Positions 18,643 to 29,552 are shown, numbered from the stretch's first letter. The stretch is DNA of 64,000 nucleotides from Longimicrobiales bacterium (GCA_965249725.1 CBDFMQ010000002.1:1856001-1920000); one strand, 5' to 3'. Made by a program: numbers and translations. Notes: generated by a model not told the origin, from the letters alone.

Positions 18643-21600
18643 GTGGACCGATTCCTCAGGATCCTCAACCTACAGGCCGAAGAAACCGGTATTGCCGGGG
18701 GTCTGTTCTTCTACTCGTTCGTTCTGGGCCTCGCACGGGTTTTCGTCCTCACGGCGTCCCAGGCCATCTTCCTGGAGAACTATCCCGCCTCGGACTTGGC
18801 CTTCGTCTATATGCTGGCGTCCGTGGCGACCATGGCGACCAGCGGGGCATACCTCTACCTGGGCCGCCGGCTGACGCTTCGGCCCCAGATTCTCACCAAC
18901 CTCTTCTTCGCGCTGGCCGTTACGGTGGCCCTGCGCGTCCTCCTCGGCGTGCCCGGCCTTCGTTGGCCCGCCATGGCCCTGGCCGTCTGGTTCCATGTGA
19001 TCTTCGCCCTGACCAGCGTCGCCTTCTGGAGCGTCGCCACTCAGGTCGTCGACATCCGCCAGGGCAAGCGACTCTTCCCACTGGTGACCACGGGCGACGT
19101 GCTCGCGTTCTCGGTGGGTGGCCTCTTCATTCTCCAGGTGGTGGGGACCATCGGTGCGCCCAACCTGCTCCTCATCGGTGCGGCCGGGCTCGTGCTGGCG
19201 GCTTTCTCGTTCGTAGGGCTCTCTCGGATCCGCCCGGAGCGCTTCCGCGGGGGAGGGCGTCCGGCGGAGGGCGCTCGGGCGCCCGAACGGGTGAGCTGGG
19301 GGAGCCCCTATCTCGTCATGATGATGGGGTACTTCATCTTGAGCGCCGTCGTGTTCGTGTTCCTCGACAACGCCTTCAACGATGTGGCCCAGCAGAGGTA
19401 TAGCGACGCCGCTCAGCTGGCTCGCTTCTTCGGCACCTACTCCGCCGTGGCGGCCATCGTGAACTTCATGTTCCGCACCTTCGGAGCCGGACGGATGATC
19501 CAGAAGTACGGCCTCATCGCCGGGCTGATCGGGCTCCCCACAGTGGTGCTGTTCGGCTCCACGCTCGTGGCGGGCGCGGGGTACCTCCTGCCCGCCATCG
19601 GCTTGGTCTTCTGGCTGACGACCATGACACGCCTCTTGGACAAGGTCTTCCGTGGGGTGCAGGTGTCGTCCATCGCCACCCTCTACCAACCGCTCATGGA
19701 GAGAGGGCCGGCCATTCAGACCACGATGGACGGCATCATCGATTCGGCCGCCATCGGGGTCGCCGGCGTGGTGCTGCTGGTCCTGCACAGCTTCTTCGAT
19801 ATCGGAGCCCCGGAACTGGCCATCTTCCTGATGGTGTTCTGCGGAATCTGGCTCGTGGTGGCCCTGGGCCTGCGTCGGGAGTACGTCACCATCCTCGGCA
19901 CCGTTCTCCATCGCCGTCGCATCAAGGGCGAAGCCCTGCAGATCGTCGACGACAACGTGCTCGCGCTGGTCCAGGAGGAGATCACCAGCTCCCATCCGGA
20001 GAACGTGTTGTATGCGGTCGATCTCTTGGAAGAGGCCGAGCATCCGGATCTCCCGAAGGTGCTCACCGATCTCCTAGATCACGAGTCGGAGGATGTTCAG
20101 CGGGAGATTCTGAGGCGGATCCAGGCCCACGGCGTCGGCGAGGCGCTCGGTGCGGTCAAGAAGATCGTGGACAACCCCGGCGTGTCCGAAGCGCTTCGAG
20201 GGGAGGCCATCCGCGTGCTCGGCAGCATGAGCGAGGAAATCGATCCGGCCGTCATGGAGGCGCTTCGCGAAGGCGCCCCCGACGAGAAGCGAGGTGCCTT
20301 GGTGGGTCTGCTGAGGTCGGGCTCGATCGAGGGGGTGGTCTACGCCGGTGCGGAGCTGCTGGAGGAGCTGAACTCACACTCTCCGATGAACCGCGTGTTC
20401 GCCGCCGACGTGCTTCGCGACGCGGCTATCCCGAGCTTCTATCGACAAGCCATTCAGCTCCTCAACGACCCGAGCCCCCAGGTGCGGGCGGCGGCCGTGG
20501 AAGCCGCCGCGGCCATGGCTCACCCGCCGCTCTGGCCCATGGTGGTGGATGCGCTCAGAGATCCCGATCTGTCGGCTTCGGCCTCCGAAGCCCTCATCGG
20601 CGCCGGAGAGGCCGCCGTTCCGAGTCTGATGAGGGGCTTCGAGCGGCACGAGCAGGACTGTCACTTCCGACTCCTGACCCTGCGGATTCTCGGACTGATC
20701 CGGGGGGAGGAAGTCATCCGGCACGTGTTCCTGCTGATCAACCTCGAGCATCGGGAGGAGCGGCATGCGGCCTTCGCGGCCCTCGTGAGTTGCGGCTTCC
20801 GGCCCGGGAATGAGCAGGAGGATCTGCTCATGAAACGACTCAGGGACGAGACGAGAGACGCGGCAGAGCTCTTCATGGCCGCCGAGAACCTCGACGGGCC
20901 CGCCGAAGCCCGTGTGCTTCAGGACGCACTGGCCGAAGAGATCGAGCAGGTACGTCATCGCATCTTCTTGCTCATATCCCTGCTGTATCCCGAAGCCGAC
21001 ACCATGACCACCTGGGACAACTACAGCAGTGGCATCAGCGAGCGCCACGCCTACTCTCTCGAGGTCTTGGAGAACATCGTCAGCAACGACGAGAGAGCGT
21101 GGCTCTTTCCCGTGCTCGAGGATCTGGGAACCGCCGACCGGCTCGAGCGGCTCGGCCGGGAATGGCGCGTGGCGCCCCAGGGGTTCACGGCTCAGTTGGA
21201 GAGCATTTTGGAGGCGCAGGTGCTCAGCGACTGGACGCTACTGTGCGCGAGGCAACTCGGGTCGGCGATGAATGTTGCCGGGGTCACCCTGTCGGAGGAG
21301 GACACGACGAGTTTCGAGAGGACTCTCCGCCTCCGCTCCGTCGACCTGTTCACGGGCTTGTCGGACCACGCGCTCGCCGCCCTGGCGGCCCGCCTGGAAG
21401 AGGTGAGCCTGGGCGAGGGCGAACCCGTCTTCTCGAAGGGAGACGTCGGGGACTCGATGTACCTGGTCACCGACGGCCGTGTGCGCATTCACGATGGGCC
21501 GACCCAACTCGCCGAGGTGGGAGAGGATTCCGTCTTCGGAGAGTTCACGGTGCTCCACTCCGGACCCCGAACCGCCTCGGTCACCGCGTGCGTGCCCACG

Positions 21601-21729
21601 CGCATGCTGCGCTTCACTCAGGGTGATCTGTACGCGTTGATCGCCGATCAGGTCTCGGTGGCCCGAGCGCTGATTCGTATGATCGTCCAGCGGCTGCACG
21701 AGAACGTCGAGACGCGATCGAACGTCTAG
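18643..21729 (+). CDS. Npt1/TLC-like transporter fused to HEAT repeats and a cyclic-nucleotide-binding domain
   Basis: About 12 TM segments with RQGKRLFP; HEAT-like VRAAAVEA; C-terminal FGEFTVL..PRTASV. Confidence 0.8.
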   Translation: MDRFLRILNLQAEETGIAGGLFFYSFVLGLARVFVLTASQAIFLENYPASDLAFVYMLASVATMATSGAYLYLGRRLTLRPQILTNLFFALAVTVALRVLLGVPGLRWPAMALAVWFHVIFALTSVAFWSVATQVVDIRQGKRLFPLVTTGDVLAFSVGGLFILQVVGTIGAPNLLLIGAAGLVLAAFSFVGLSRIRPERFRGGGRPAEGARAPERVSWGSPYLVMMMGYFILSAVVFVFLDNAFNDVAQQRYSDAAQLARFFGTYSAVAAIVNFMFRTFGAGRMIQKYGLIAGLIGLPTVVLFGSTLVAGAGYLLPAIGLVFWLTTMTRLLDKVFRGVQVSSIATLYQPLMERGPAIQTTMDGIIDSAAIGVAGVVLLVLHSFFDIGAPELAIFLMVFCGIWLVVALGLRREYVTILGTVLHRRRIKGEALQIVDDNVLALVQEEITSSHPENVLYAVDLLEEAEHPDLPKVLTDLLDHESEDVQREILRRIQAHGVGEALGAVKKIVDNPGVSEALRGEAIRVLGSMSEEIDPAVMEALREGAPDEKRGALVGLLRSGSIEGVVYAGAELLEELNSHSPMNRVFAADVLRDAAIPSFYRQAIQLLNDPSPQVRAAAVEAAAAMAHPPLWPMVVDALRDPDLSASASEALIGAGEAAVPSLMRGFERHEQDCHFRLLTLRILGLIRGEEVIRHVFLLINLEHREERHAAFAALVSCGFRPGNEQEDLLMKRLRDETRDAAELFMAAENLDGPAEARVLQDALAEEIEQVRHRIFLLISLLYPEADTMTTWDNYSSGISERHAYSLEVLENIVSNDERAWLFPVLEDLGTADRLERLGREWRVAPQGFTAQLESILEAQVLSDWTLLCARQLGSAMNVAGVTLSEEDTTSFERTLRLRSVDLFTGLSDHALAALAARLEEVSLGEGEPVFSKGDVGDSMYLVTDGRVRIHDGPTQLAEVGEDSVFGEFTVLHSGPRTASVTACVPTRMLRFTQGDLYALIADQVSVARALIRMIVQRLHENVETRSNV

Positions 21730-21759
21730 GGGCCCCAATGGGTGACGCCAGCGGGTGGC

Positions 21760-22151
21760 CTAGTGGAGCCGGTCCACCAGCACCTTGATGATTCCGCGCG
21801 ATATGCCGGTTGTCCCGCCATCACTTCGTAGAGCACGTCTTGATCGAGGCGGAGCAGCCGGCTCTCCTCCACCGCCGTGGCGGACGTCGAGCGGGCCTCT
21901 GCGGTCAGAACGGTCACCTCTCCGAACACGCTGTCACACCCCAACAACTCGATCTCCAGATCCCCGTCGTGGATGCGGATCTGGCCGTCCACCACGACGT
22001 ACATCGCTTTGCCGATGTCCCCCTTCTCGAAGATCGTCTCCCCTTCGCCCACGTAGATCTCGTCCAGGTGGTTCGCGAAGCTCGCGAGGACGTCCGAGGG
22101 AAGTCCCTTGAACAGGTCGGTCCGCTTGAGGATGAAGACGCGCTCGATCAT
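21760..22151 (-). CDS. Standalone cyclic-nucleotide-binding protein (1-bp frameshift near 21806)
   Basis: MIERVFILKRTDLF..FGEVTVL..ARSTSA; restoring one G gives the ending ISRGIIKVLVDRLH*. Confidence 0.75.
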
Positions 22152-23575
22152 TCCCCGATAGTACCCTCCCCCCCCGACCTCCCGAAACCCGTCGTGATGG
22201 CGATGAGGAGCATCACCATCAGCCCCCAGGAGTGGAAATTGAGGAGGCCAACGGTGAGGGGAGGCACGCGCGGAAGACCGAACGCCGCACCCGAGGCTGT
22301 CGTGCTCGCGGCGAGAATTACGGGAATGAAGAAGGGGAACAGGAACGGATACGTGCACACCGCCATGTCGAGCAGGTTGGCGCGGCGGTAGGGTGACACC
22401 CCTGCAGACTCTCCCACCTCCCGTGTGATCTCTCCCACGCTGAGGATGGCGACCACCGAATGGGTCGTGAGGACGACGGCACCCGAGATGGCCCCGAAGA
22501 TCCACCACTCGGCCCGCTGGGGCGTGGGCGTCCGGTCTCGTAGACGCTCCACCCAGTCCTCCACCACGCCACTCTCTTCCACGCCGGAAACCACGCCCAT
22601 GAGGAGCACCGTGAAGATGGAGACGCCGACACCGCGCTCCATCCCTTCGAGGATCACGCCCCGTGCGATGAAGGCGTCGGCATCGATGTAAAGGAGCGTT
22701 CCCAGATCGATGGCGCCGCTCGCCAACCCCGCGACGACCCCCATGCCGATGCCGGCCAGGAGGCTCTCGACCAGATGCCGTTGCTTGAGGAGCATCGCGA
22801 TGGAGGCCGCGGGCGCCGCCAACATCCAGATGCCCCGGAGCCCAAACGACTCGCCCGGACTGACGGAGGCCCCGCCGGTCGGCTCCGCGGCACCGAGCAG
22901 TCCGTACAGCACCAGAGCGAACGCCCCCGCCGGCAGCGCGTATCTCATGCGACTCCGGACCACGCCGCCGATGTCGGCCTGTTGGGTGGACGCCGAGGCG
23001 ATGGTCGTGTCGGACACGGGTGAGATGTTGTCGCCGAAGGTGGCTCCGGCCAGAATGGCCCCGATGAGCATGGCCGGATCCGCCTGAAGCGACGCCGCCG
23101 CCGGATAGAGCAGCGGAGACGCCAGGATCACCGTCCCGAGACTCGTTCCGGTGGCCGTCGACACGAGTGCACAGATCAGGAAGGCGACGCCCACGAATCC
23201 ACCGCCTCTGACTCCGGCCGACGACGCCAGAGCGACCAGGCTCTGCACGAACCCTCCGGCACTGACCAGCGAGCCCAGGACCCCGGCCAGAATCCAGGCG
23301 AACACCATGAGCATGACGATGGGTCGGCTCATACCCCGGATGACCGCCTCGGAGTAGGCGCGGGAGTCCCGAGCCAGGAACGTGCCTAGCGCGATGGCGG
23401 CCAGGAGGACGGGCCAGAAGCCGCGCTCGTCGGGCGCACCCGAGAGACCGAGCCACGCTACGCCGGCCAAGAAGAGCGCCAACGGGGCGAGCGCGCCCAG
23501 GGTCCCCAGCCGGAAGTAGAGGCGCGGGGCGCGCGAGCCAGGGTCGGTCGGGGAGCGCGCGTCTGGTACCGTCAT
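22148..23575 (-). CDS. NhaC-family Na+/H+ antiporter-like transporter
   Basis: STATGTSLGT and GATFGDNISPVSDTTI motifs. Confidence 0.85.
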   Translation of the reverse strand: MTVPDARSPTDPGSRAPRLYFRLGTLGALAPLALFLAGVAWLGLSGAPDERGFWPVLLAAIALGTFLARDSRAYSEAVIRGMSRPIVMLMVFAWILAGVLGSLVSAGGFVQSLVALASSAGVRGGGFVGVAFLICALVSTATGTSLGTVILASPLLYPAAASLQADPAMLIGAILAGATFGDNISPVSDTTIASASTQQADIGGVVRSRMRYALPAGAFALVLYGLLGAAEPTGGASVSPGESFGLRGIWMLAAPAASIAMLLKQRHLVESLLAGIGMGVVAGLASGAIDLGTLLYIDADAFIARGVILEGMERGVGVSIFTVLLMGVVSGVEESGVVEDWVERLRDRTPTPQRAEWWIFGAISGAVVLTTHSVVAILSVGEITREVGESAGVSPYRRANLLDMAVCTYPFLFPFFIPVILAASTTASGAAFGLPRVPPLTVGLLNFHSWGLMVMLLIAITTGFGRSGGEGTIGE

Positions 23576-23702
23576 GCTTGCCGTACCGACCTTCCACTGG
23601 ATGTTGTAGAGTGACGTCGTGACCCGGGGCCCACCGTAGCACCGGCCTTGGCCAGTCTAGTGCGCTGAAAAGCTCGGAGCCACCGAGAGTGAGAGAGGAT
23701 AT

Positions 23703-24062
23703 GTGACCGACGCATCCGAAGAGTTCACCCTGTACGACCTGAGGGTGGAGGTCGTAGAAGGCCCGGCAGAGATGGTCTGCGACCATAAGGTCGGGGACTA
23801 CTTCGAGCTCTCGGGGGAGAACCTGACGTTCCCTCCGGGCCAGACGTTCCCGCTCTATCCTCTCGCGGCGCTGCTCCCGCTCCTGCCCGCGAAGCAGAGG
23901 GAGACACACCCCAACGACTGGATGACCACGGACAGCGAGGTGGCCTGCCCCGATCCGTACTGCGGCGCTCGGTTCAGGATCACACGAGTGGGGCGCACCA
24001 CATTTCGCCACTCCGACGTGACGGTAGTGCCGCTGGACGGCGGCCCGGTGCCGGACGCCTAG
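23703..24062 (+). CDS. TIGR04076-family protein
   Basis: LYDLRVEV..C.HKVGDYF...ACPDP..GARFRI. Confidence 0.75.
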   Translation: MTDASEEFTLYDLRVEVVEGPAEMVCDHKVGDYFELSGENLTFPPGQTFPLYPLAALLPLLPAKQRETHPNDWMTTDSEVACPDPYCGARFRITRVGRTTFRHSDVTVVPLDGGPVPDA

Positions 24063-24073
24063 AGGGCCCCTAC

Positions 24074-25129
24074 GTGAGCGTCGCAACCGCACAATTCGCC
24101 GATGGCCGTTCGGTTCCCCGTATCGTCACCGGAGCGTGGCAGCTCTCCACCGGACACCAGGCACCGCGCTCCCGGGCCGACATCTTCGAGGCGCTCTCGA
24201 AGACGGTGGACGCGGGCATCACCGCGTTCGACTGCGGAGACAGCTACACCGGAGTCGAGGAGCTGCTCGGCGATTTTCTGCTCGAGTACCGAGAACGTGA
24301 AGGCTCTGTGGCGTCGGATCGCATAAGGATCCACACCAAGCTGGTGCCAGATCTGGAGGACCTCGCGACCCTCGACCGGGCATATGTCGCCCGCATCGTG
24401 GACCGCTCGCTCCGCCGCCTCGGCGTGGAGCGGCTGGACCTGGTCCAGTTCGCCTGGTGGTCGTACGAAGTGGACCGATGGGTCGAGACCGCAGGCTGGC
24501 TCGACGAGCTCCGCGTGGCCGGGAAGATCGACCAGATCGGAGGCACGAACTTCGATCGCCCCTCCCTGCAAGCCATCGTCGACGCCGGAATCCCGATCCG
24601 CGCCCACCAGGTTCAGTATTCAGCCCTCGATCACCGGCCAGAGGGTGGAATGGCCGAGTACTGCGAGACGAACGGGATCGGACTCCTGTGCTACGGAACG
24701 CTGGCGGGAGGCTTCCTCTCGGATCGGTATCTCGATACGCCCGATCCCGCGGAGGCCGCCGCCAACCGCTCCCTGGTGAAGTACCGCCTGATGATCGACG
24801 AGTATGGCGGCTGGGAATCGTATCAGGCACTCTTGGCGGTGATGAACCGGATCGCCCGGAGGCACGGGGTCACCATCGCTCAAGTGGCCCTTCGCTACGT
24901 CCTGGACCGCCCCGGCGTCACCTCCGCGATCGTCGGGGTGAGCAAGGCAGAGCGAGTGTCCGAGATCGTGAGGGTCTTCGACCTCGTCCTCGGCGACGAA
25001 GAACGGGAGGCCATTCACTCTCTCGGGCGATCGGCTCCGGGACCGAAAGGCCCGGTCTATGGATTGGAGCGGGTGAAGGGCGGGCGGCATGCATCCATCA
25101 TGAAGTACGGATTGAATCGAGAAGGCTGA
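24074..25129 (+). CDS. Aldo/keto reductase
   Basis: GAWQLS, FDCGDSYTGVE, IHTK, SLRRLGVERLDLVQF, YGTLAGG. Confidence 0.9.
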   Translation: MSVATAQFADGRSVPRIVTGAWQLSTGHQAPRSRADIFEALSKTVDAGITAFDCGDSYTGVEELLGDFLLEYREREGSVASDRIRIHTKLVPDLEDLATLDRAYVARIVDRSLRRLGVERLDLVQFAWWSYEVDRWVETAGWLDELRVAGKIDQIGGTNFDRPSLQAIVDAGIPIRAHQVQYSALDHRPEGGMAEYCETNGIGLLCYGTLAGGFLSDRYLDTPDPAEAAANRSLVKYRLMIDEYGGWESYQALLAVMNRIARRHGVTIAQVALRYVLDRPGVTSAIVGVSKAERVSEIVRVFDLVLGDEEREAIHSLGRSAPGPKGPVYGLERVKGGRHASIMKYGLNREG

Positions 25130-25131
25130 GC

Positions 25132-26697
25132 ATGACGACGGACAGCCAAGAGGGCGGACCCCGGCCGACACCGGTCCTCGTCCATCTGTCCGGTAGCAGC
25201 CGCGGAAGCTCGCACCGGCTCTCCGGAGACGCGGTCACGATCGGCACCGGTCCGGACATGGATATCCGGCTGCCCCTCGATACCGAGCCTCTCCCCTCTC
25301 CCCACCACGCCACGCTGCGCCGGCGCGGCCTCACGTATGAGGTCCTGGCAGAGGAGGACAGTGAGGTCTGGGTCAACGGAGAGCGGGTGAGTCACTTCAC
25401 ACTCGCCTCGGGGGATGTCTTGGAGGTCGGCCGGGATGGTGCGGTCCTGCGGTACCGTGTCTACGAGGCCGGAATCGCTCCCTACAAGACCATGACGCAG
25501 GTCTTCGGCGACTGTCTCGACTGCGCTCGCCAGTCGAATCGCGGGCCGGTCGGGAAGGCGGCCATGGTCTTCACGGATCTCCCCAAGCAGCTGCTCACTC
25601 AGACGGCGCGTACGTTCCGCGTCAGCGTGCTGACCGTGCTGGTGGTTCTCGGGGCCGCTACCGTGTTCCAGGTTCGCCGGAGTGGACAGATCCAAAGACG
25701 CCTCGACGAGGAGGCAACCCGCGTGGAAGGGCTCGCCTCGCTCCTCGAGCGCGCCCAAGGGCAGGTCCCAACCTCCGACGATCTCGGGGACCTCTTCGCC
25801 GAACTCCAGTCCAGCGTGTCGACCGCCCGCGATCGCTTGGACGCCCTGGAGGAGCGGACCGGAGCCGAGGCCCGGGTGATCCGGACCGCCTCTCGCTCGA
25901 CGGTCTTCATCCAAGGCAGCTACGGGTTCGTGCAGCCCCCGAGCAGCCGGCCCCTGCGGATGATGCTGGATCCCGGGGGCCAGCCCATCACGAACCGGGC
26001 CGGCGAGCCCGCCATCAGCGTGGACGGCACCGGGCCTCCGCTCGAGATCTTCCTCACGGGAACGGCCTTCGTCGTGAGTCCGGAAGGTCGGCTCCTCACC
26101 AACCGCCATGTCTCGCGGCCATGGGAGTTCGACCCGGCGGGCCAAGCCATGCTCGCCCGTGGCTTCGAGGGCCGCATGACCCGCTTCGCCGGCTACCTGC
26201 CCGGTGTGGCCGAGCCCTTCGCACTGGAGTTGGTCTCGGTGAGCGACGAGGCCGATTTGGCGGTGCTGTGCTGCGCGGTCGGCCCAGAGGCGGACTTCCT
26301 GCCTCTCGCCGAGGCACCGCCTGAGCCGGGTGAGGCCGTGCTGGTCATTGGCTTTCCCCTCGGGATCCGGGCGCTGATGGCCAGAACCAGCCCCGAATTC
26401 GTGGAGGGGCTGCGCGATTCAGGGGTCATCGACTTCTGGCAGGTCGCCGAGCGCCTTTCCCGGGCTGGGCACGTCACTCCCCTCGCGAGCCGGGGCATCG
26501 TCGGCCAAGTCACCACCCAGAGCATCGTCTACGACGCCGAGACCACCAGCGGAGGCAGCGGAGGCCCGGTGCTGTCGCTGGATGGCCAGGTGGTGGCCAT
26601 CAACGCCGCGATCCTGCCGGAGTTCGGAGGCTCGAACATGGGTGTTCCCGCCGCCCGAGCACGGGCATTGCTAACGGACACTCCACCTCGTCGATAA
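25132..26697 (+). CDS. FHA domain + TM/coiled coil + trypsin-like serine protease
   Basis: FHA-like (TIGTGP..SPHHA..VNG), LTNRHV, DLAVL, GGSGGPV. Confidence 0.8.
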   Translation: MTTDSQEGGPRPTPVLVHLSGSSRGSSHRLSGDAVTIGTGPDMDIRLPLDTEPLPSPHHATLRRRGLTYEVLAEEDSEVWVNGERVSHFTLASGDVLEVGRDGAVLRYRVYEAGIAPYKTMTQVFGDCLDCARQSNRGPVGKAAMVFTDLPKQLLTQTARTFRVSVLTVLVVLGAATVFQVRRSGQIQRRLDEEATRVEGLASLLERAQGQVPTSDDLGDLFAELQSSVSTARDRLDALEERTGAEARVIRTASRSTVFIQGSYGFVQPPSSRPLRMMLDPGGQPITNRAGEPAISVDGTGPPLEIFLTGTAFVVSPEGRLLTNRHVSRPWEFDPAGQAMLARGFEGRMTRFAGYLPGVAEPFALELVSVSDEADLAVLCCAVGPEADFLPLAEAPPEPGEAVLVIGFPLGIRALMARTSPEFVEGLRDSGVIDFWQVAERLSRAGHVTPLASRGIVGQVTTQSIVYDAETTSGGSGGPVLSLDGQVVAINAAILPEFGGSNMGVPAARARALLTDTPPRR

Positions 26698-26708
26698 CTG
26701 CAGTATCT

Positions 26709-27224
26709 TTGACGATGCTTACACAATTCTCACTACAGGACCTGGGGAATCTCGGCGAGTTCGTCGGCGCCATGGGCGTGGTCATTTCCCTGGTGTACCT
26801 CGCCAAGCAGATGCAGCAGAACACGCGATCGGTCCGGGCCGCGTCGTTCAATTCCATGGTCCAGAACAGCATGAACCTGCTGCGGCACGCCTTCATCGAC
26901 TCCGAGTTCGCGGCCTTCCTGCACAAGGCTGAAAACGACCCGTCGAGGCTCACGCCGGCCGAGACCGTACGCTGGAACGCCTACATGACGGCCGTATACC
27001 GGCACTTCGGCAATCTGGTCTATCAGTACCGGGTGGGCGCACTGGACCGGGAGATGTGGCAAAGCTACGAGTGCACGCTGGAGGAGCACCTCCGGGTGCC
27101 CTCGTGGGCCACCTGGTTTGAAGAGAACAAGGGGCTCTTCAGTACCTCTCTGGTAGAGCAGGTGGATCGGACCCGCCAGCGGATCGAGCGAGAACGTGCA
27201 ACCGGAACTGATTCGGACCGATGA
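26709..27224 (+). CDS. Hypothetical membrane-anchored protein
   Basis: Clean ORF; N-terminal TM segment LGEFVGAMGVVISLVYLA. Confidence 0.6.
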   Translation: MTMLTQFSLQDLGNLGEFVGAMGVVISLVYLAKQMQQNTRSVRAASFNSMVQNSMNLLRHAFIDSEFAAFLHKAENDPSRLTPAETVRWNAYMTAVYRHFGNLVYQYRVGALDREMWQSYECTLEEHLRVPSWATWFEENKGLFSTSLVEQVDRTRQRIERERATGTDSDR

Positions 27225-27274
27225 CTTCTGACAGAGAGTAGAGAGGGACTCGTGGTGTCGAAGGGCGAGAGCGC

Positions 27275-28513
27275 CTAAGCGGGCTCGATGGTCACTTGGA
27301 GCTTGGAGTGCGCGTCCCGGATGGCAGCCTCGACCTGTTCGGGAGCTTCCGCCCTCGCGAACAGGAACCCCAGGTAGCGATTGCCCTCGGGCAGCGGTAC
27401 CACAGTTTGGCCTACCGGGATGGTGATCTCCAGCCCCTCGACGCCCGGTACCGCGAGTGCCGCTTCGGTCCCAGCGACGGCTCGAAGCACTCCCGCCTTC
27501 GGGATCGGAAGCATCATGACGCCCGAGGCTCCCGCCTCGCGCTGGTGCCCCCCGATCGGCATCCCCAAAGCGTGACGGAGGATGAGGTCCTCGAGCGTCG
27601 CCTCGGGCTCGAACCGTAGGATCGTGGAGCACCGGCCCCCGATAGAGCGCGGCGCGATCTCCAGGATCGAGACCCGATCCCCCTCCACTCGCAGCTCTGC
27701 GTGAACGGGACCATCGTCGAGGCCGAGCCTGTTGACGGCTCGCTGTACGGTGGAGACGACCTCGTCCAGACTCGCGTCGGGCAGTCGGGACGGCGTCACC
27801 AGGATCGTCTCCTCGAAGAACGGTCCCTCCATGGGATCCGGCTTGTCCAGAATGGCCAAAGTCTGGAGTTCGCCCTCGACGACGACTCCCTCGAGGGCCA
27901 CTTCGCGGCCGGGCAGATACTCTTCGATCAGAATCTGGGAGCGCGCCCACCCACTTCGCCGGCTCGCGTCCTGCTGCGCCAGAATATCCAGAATGCGCAT
28001 CCACGCCAGGGTGAACTCCTCGGGAGTGTCGGCCCGGATCACCCCACGGCTGGCGGAGAGCGCGAGTGGCTTCAGCACGCAGGGATAGTGGGCTTCGGCG
28101 GCGAGCTCCATGTCGGAGTCCTCAACCGACGCGACCTGGAACCACGGAGACCCCACTCCATCTTCTGAAAAGCGCTCGCGCATGAGGGCCTTGTTGCGCG
28201 CGGCCCGAACCGCCTCGGTGGGATGATACCTCAGCCCCAGTGCCTCGGACGCCTCGGCCGCCACCGGCGCGAAGTCGTCCTCCGCGGTCACGATCGCAGT
28301 CAACGGATAGTCCTCCGCGAATCGCCGGATCGTGGCTACGGACCGATTGATGTCGCCCGCGCCGAGCCTGAGGGTCGCTCCCGGCGCCTGGTCGGCCAGG
28401 GTGGGCTTGTGATTCGAGCCGACCGTGACATCTACATCGAGGCGTCGGGCCGCGGCGACGAAGGCCTCGGCGCGGTACGAGGTTCTCGAGAGGAGAAGCA
28501 GGATTCTCGACAC
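27275..28513 (-). CDS. ATP-grasp ligase
   Basis: RNKALMRE, YPCVLKP..LSASRGV, IEEYLPG, HAELR..LEIAPR. Confidence 0.85.
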   Translation of the reverse strand: MSRILLLLSRTSYRAEAFVAAARRLDVDVTVGSNHKPTLADQAPGATLRLGAGDINRSVATIRRFAEDYPLTAIVTAEDDFAPVAAEASEALGLRYHPTEAVRAARNKALMRERFSEDGVGSPWFQVASVEDSDMELAAEAHYPCVLKPLALSASRGVIRADTPEEFTLAWMRILDILAQQDASRRSGWARSQILIEEYLPGREVALEGVVVEGELQTLAILDKPDPMEGPFFEETILVTPSRLPDASLDEVVSTVQRAVNRLGLDDGPVHAELRVEGDRVSILEIAPRSIGGRCSTILRFEPEATLEDLILRHALGMPIGGHQREAGASGVMMLPIPKAGVLRAVAGTEAALAVPGVEGLEITIPVGQTVVPLPEGNRYLGFLFARAEAPEQVEAAIRDAHSKLQVTIEPA

Positions 28514-28538
28514 GGCGAGTACCCCGAGGCGATCCGAG

Positions 28539-29150
28539 CTACTTGGAGGACTGGAAGTAGGGATCCTGACCGGCACTGTGGTTGGTCACGTCCTCGATGC
28601 CCTCGATCTCGGGCACCTGATCCCTGAGGATCCGCTCGATTCCCTGGCTCAGCGTCACCGAGGCCATCCCACAGCCCTGACATCCCCCGCCCAAACGCAG
28701 GTAGACGATGTTGTCCCGCACGTCGACCAGCGTCACATGTCCCCCGTGCTGGGCCACCCCCGGGTTCACGAACTGGTCGATCGCCTGTCGAACCCGATCC
28801 GCCATGGGCCCCTCCAACGGCTTGGAGCCGATGGGCACCAGGTTGGGGTTCTCCACCTTGAACCCGCTCTCATTGAGCGTCTCGATCCAATCGATGCGGG
28901 CACCGTTGAGGAGTTTGGCGGTCTCGGGCTCCATCACCACGTCGAACCCGCTGCCCTCGAACACGACGTCCTGGGCAGTTCGGTCGCCGGACTCGATGAT
29001 CGAGATCTCGTAACGGGGATCGAGCGGGCTGGGGCTGGCGACCTGGACGCGCAACGCCAGGTCGTCGTCTCCATGCATATCCATGAAGCGGAGGATCGTG
29101 TCCTTCGCGATGTCCGTGAATGCTACGGGGAGCTTGGCGGAGTCACTCAT
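28539..29150 (-). CDS. nfuA: Fe-S biogenesis protein NfuA
   Basis: Degenerate A-type domain plus NifU domain HGG..LGGGCQGC. Confidence 0.88.
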   Translation of the reverse strand: MSDSAKLPVAFTDIAKDTILRFMDMHGDDDLALRVQVASPSPLDPRYEISIIESGDRTAQDVVFEGSGFDVVMEPETAKLLNGARIDWIETLNESGFKVENPNLVPIGSKPLEGPMADRVRQAIDQFVNPGVAQHGGHVTLVDVRDNIVYLRLGGGCQGCGMASVTLSQGIERILRDQVPEIEGIEDVTNHSAGQDPYFQSSK

Positions 29151-29195
29151 AGGGTTCTCTGGCGGGTCCTGGAGTGTTCGGAGACGGACATTACG

Positions 29196-29552
29196 TTACC
29201 CAGACACCTCTTCTCCGGCAAAGAGCCGGTCGGTCTTTGCAGCCATGATGAAGTCGTTCTTGTGCAGCCCGCGGATCTTGTGCGTCCACCAGGTCACCCG
29301 GACGCTGCCCCACTCGGTCAGGATCGCGGGATGATGGTCGTCTTCCTCGGCCAGCGCACCGACGGCGTTCGTGAAGGCCAGCGCGTCGTCGAAGTTCGTG
29401 AACTGGAAGTCCCGCTCCAACCTGGGGATCTCGTCTCGAACCACGAGGGCCCAGTCAGGGACCTGGGCGTGGAATTCCCGACTCTCCTCCTCCGTGACGG
29501 TAGGGGCACCGCGCTGACAGGCCTCACACTTCATTCCTGTTAGCTGATCCAT
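29196..29552 (-). CDS. phhB: Pterin-4-alpha-carbinolamine dehydratase
   Basis: [32 protein letters not shown]. Confidence 0.9.
   Translation of the reverse strand: MDQLTGMKCEACQRGAPTVTEEESREFHAQVPDWALVVRDEIPRLERDFQFTNFDDALAFTNAVGALAEEDDHHPAILTEWGSVRVTWWTHKIRGLHKNDFIMAAKTDRLFAGEEVSG

Noticed and set aside
23576..23702. Riboswitch between the NhaC-like and TIGR04076 genes
   Set aside because: No recognisable aptamer consensus or terminator.
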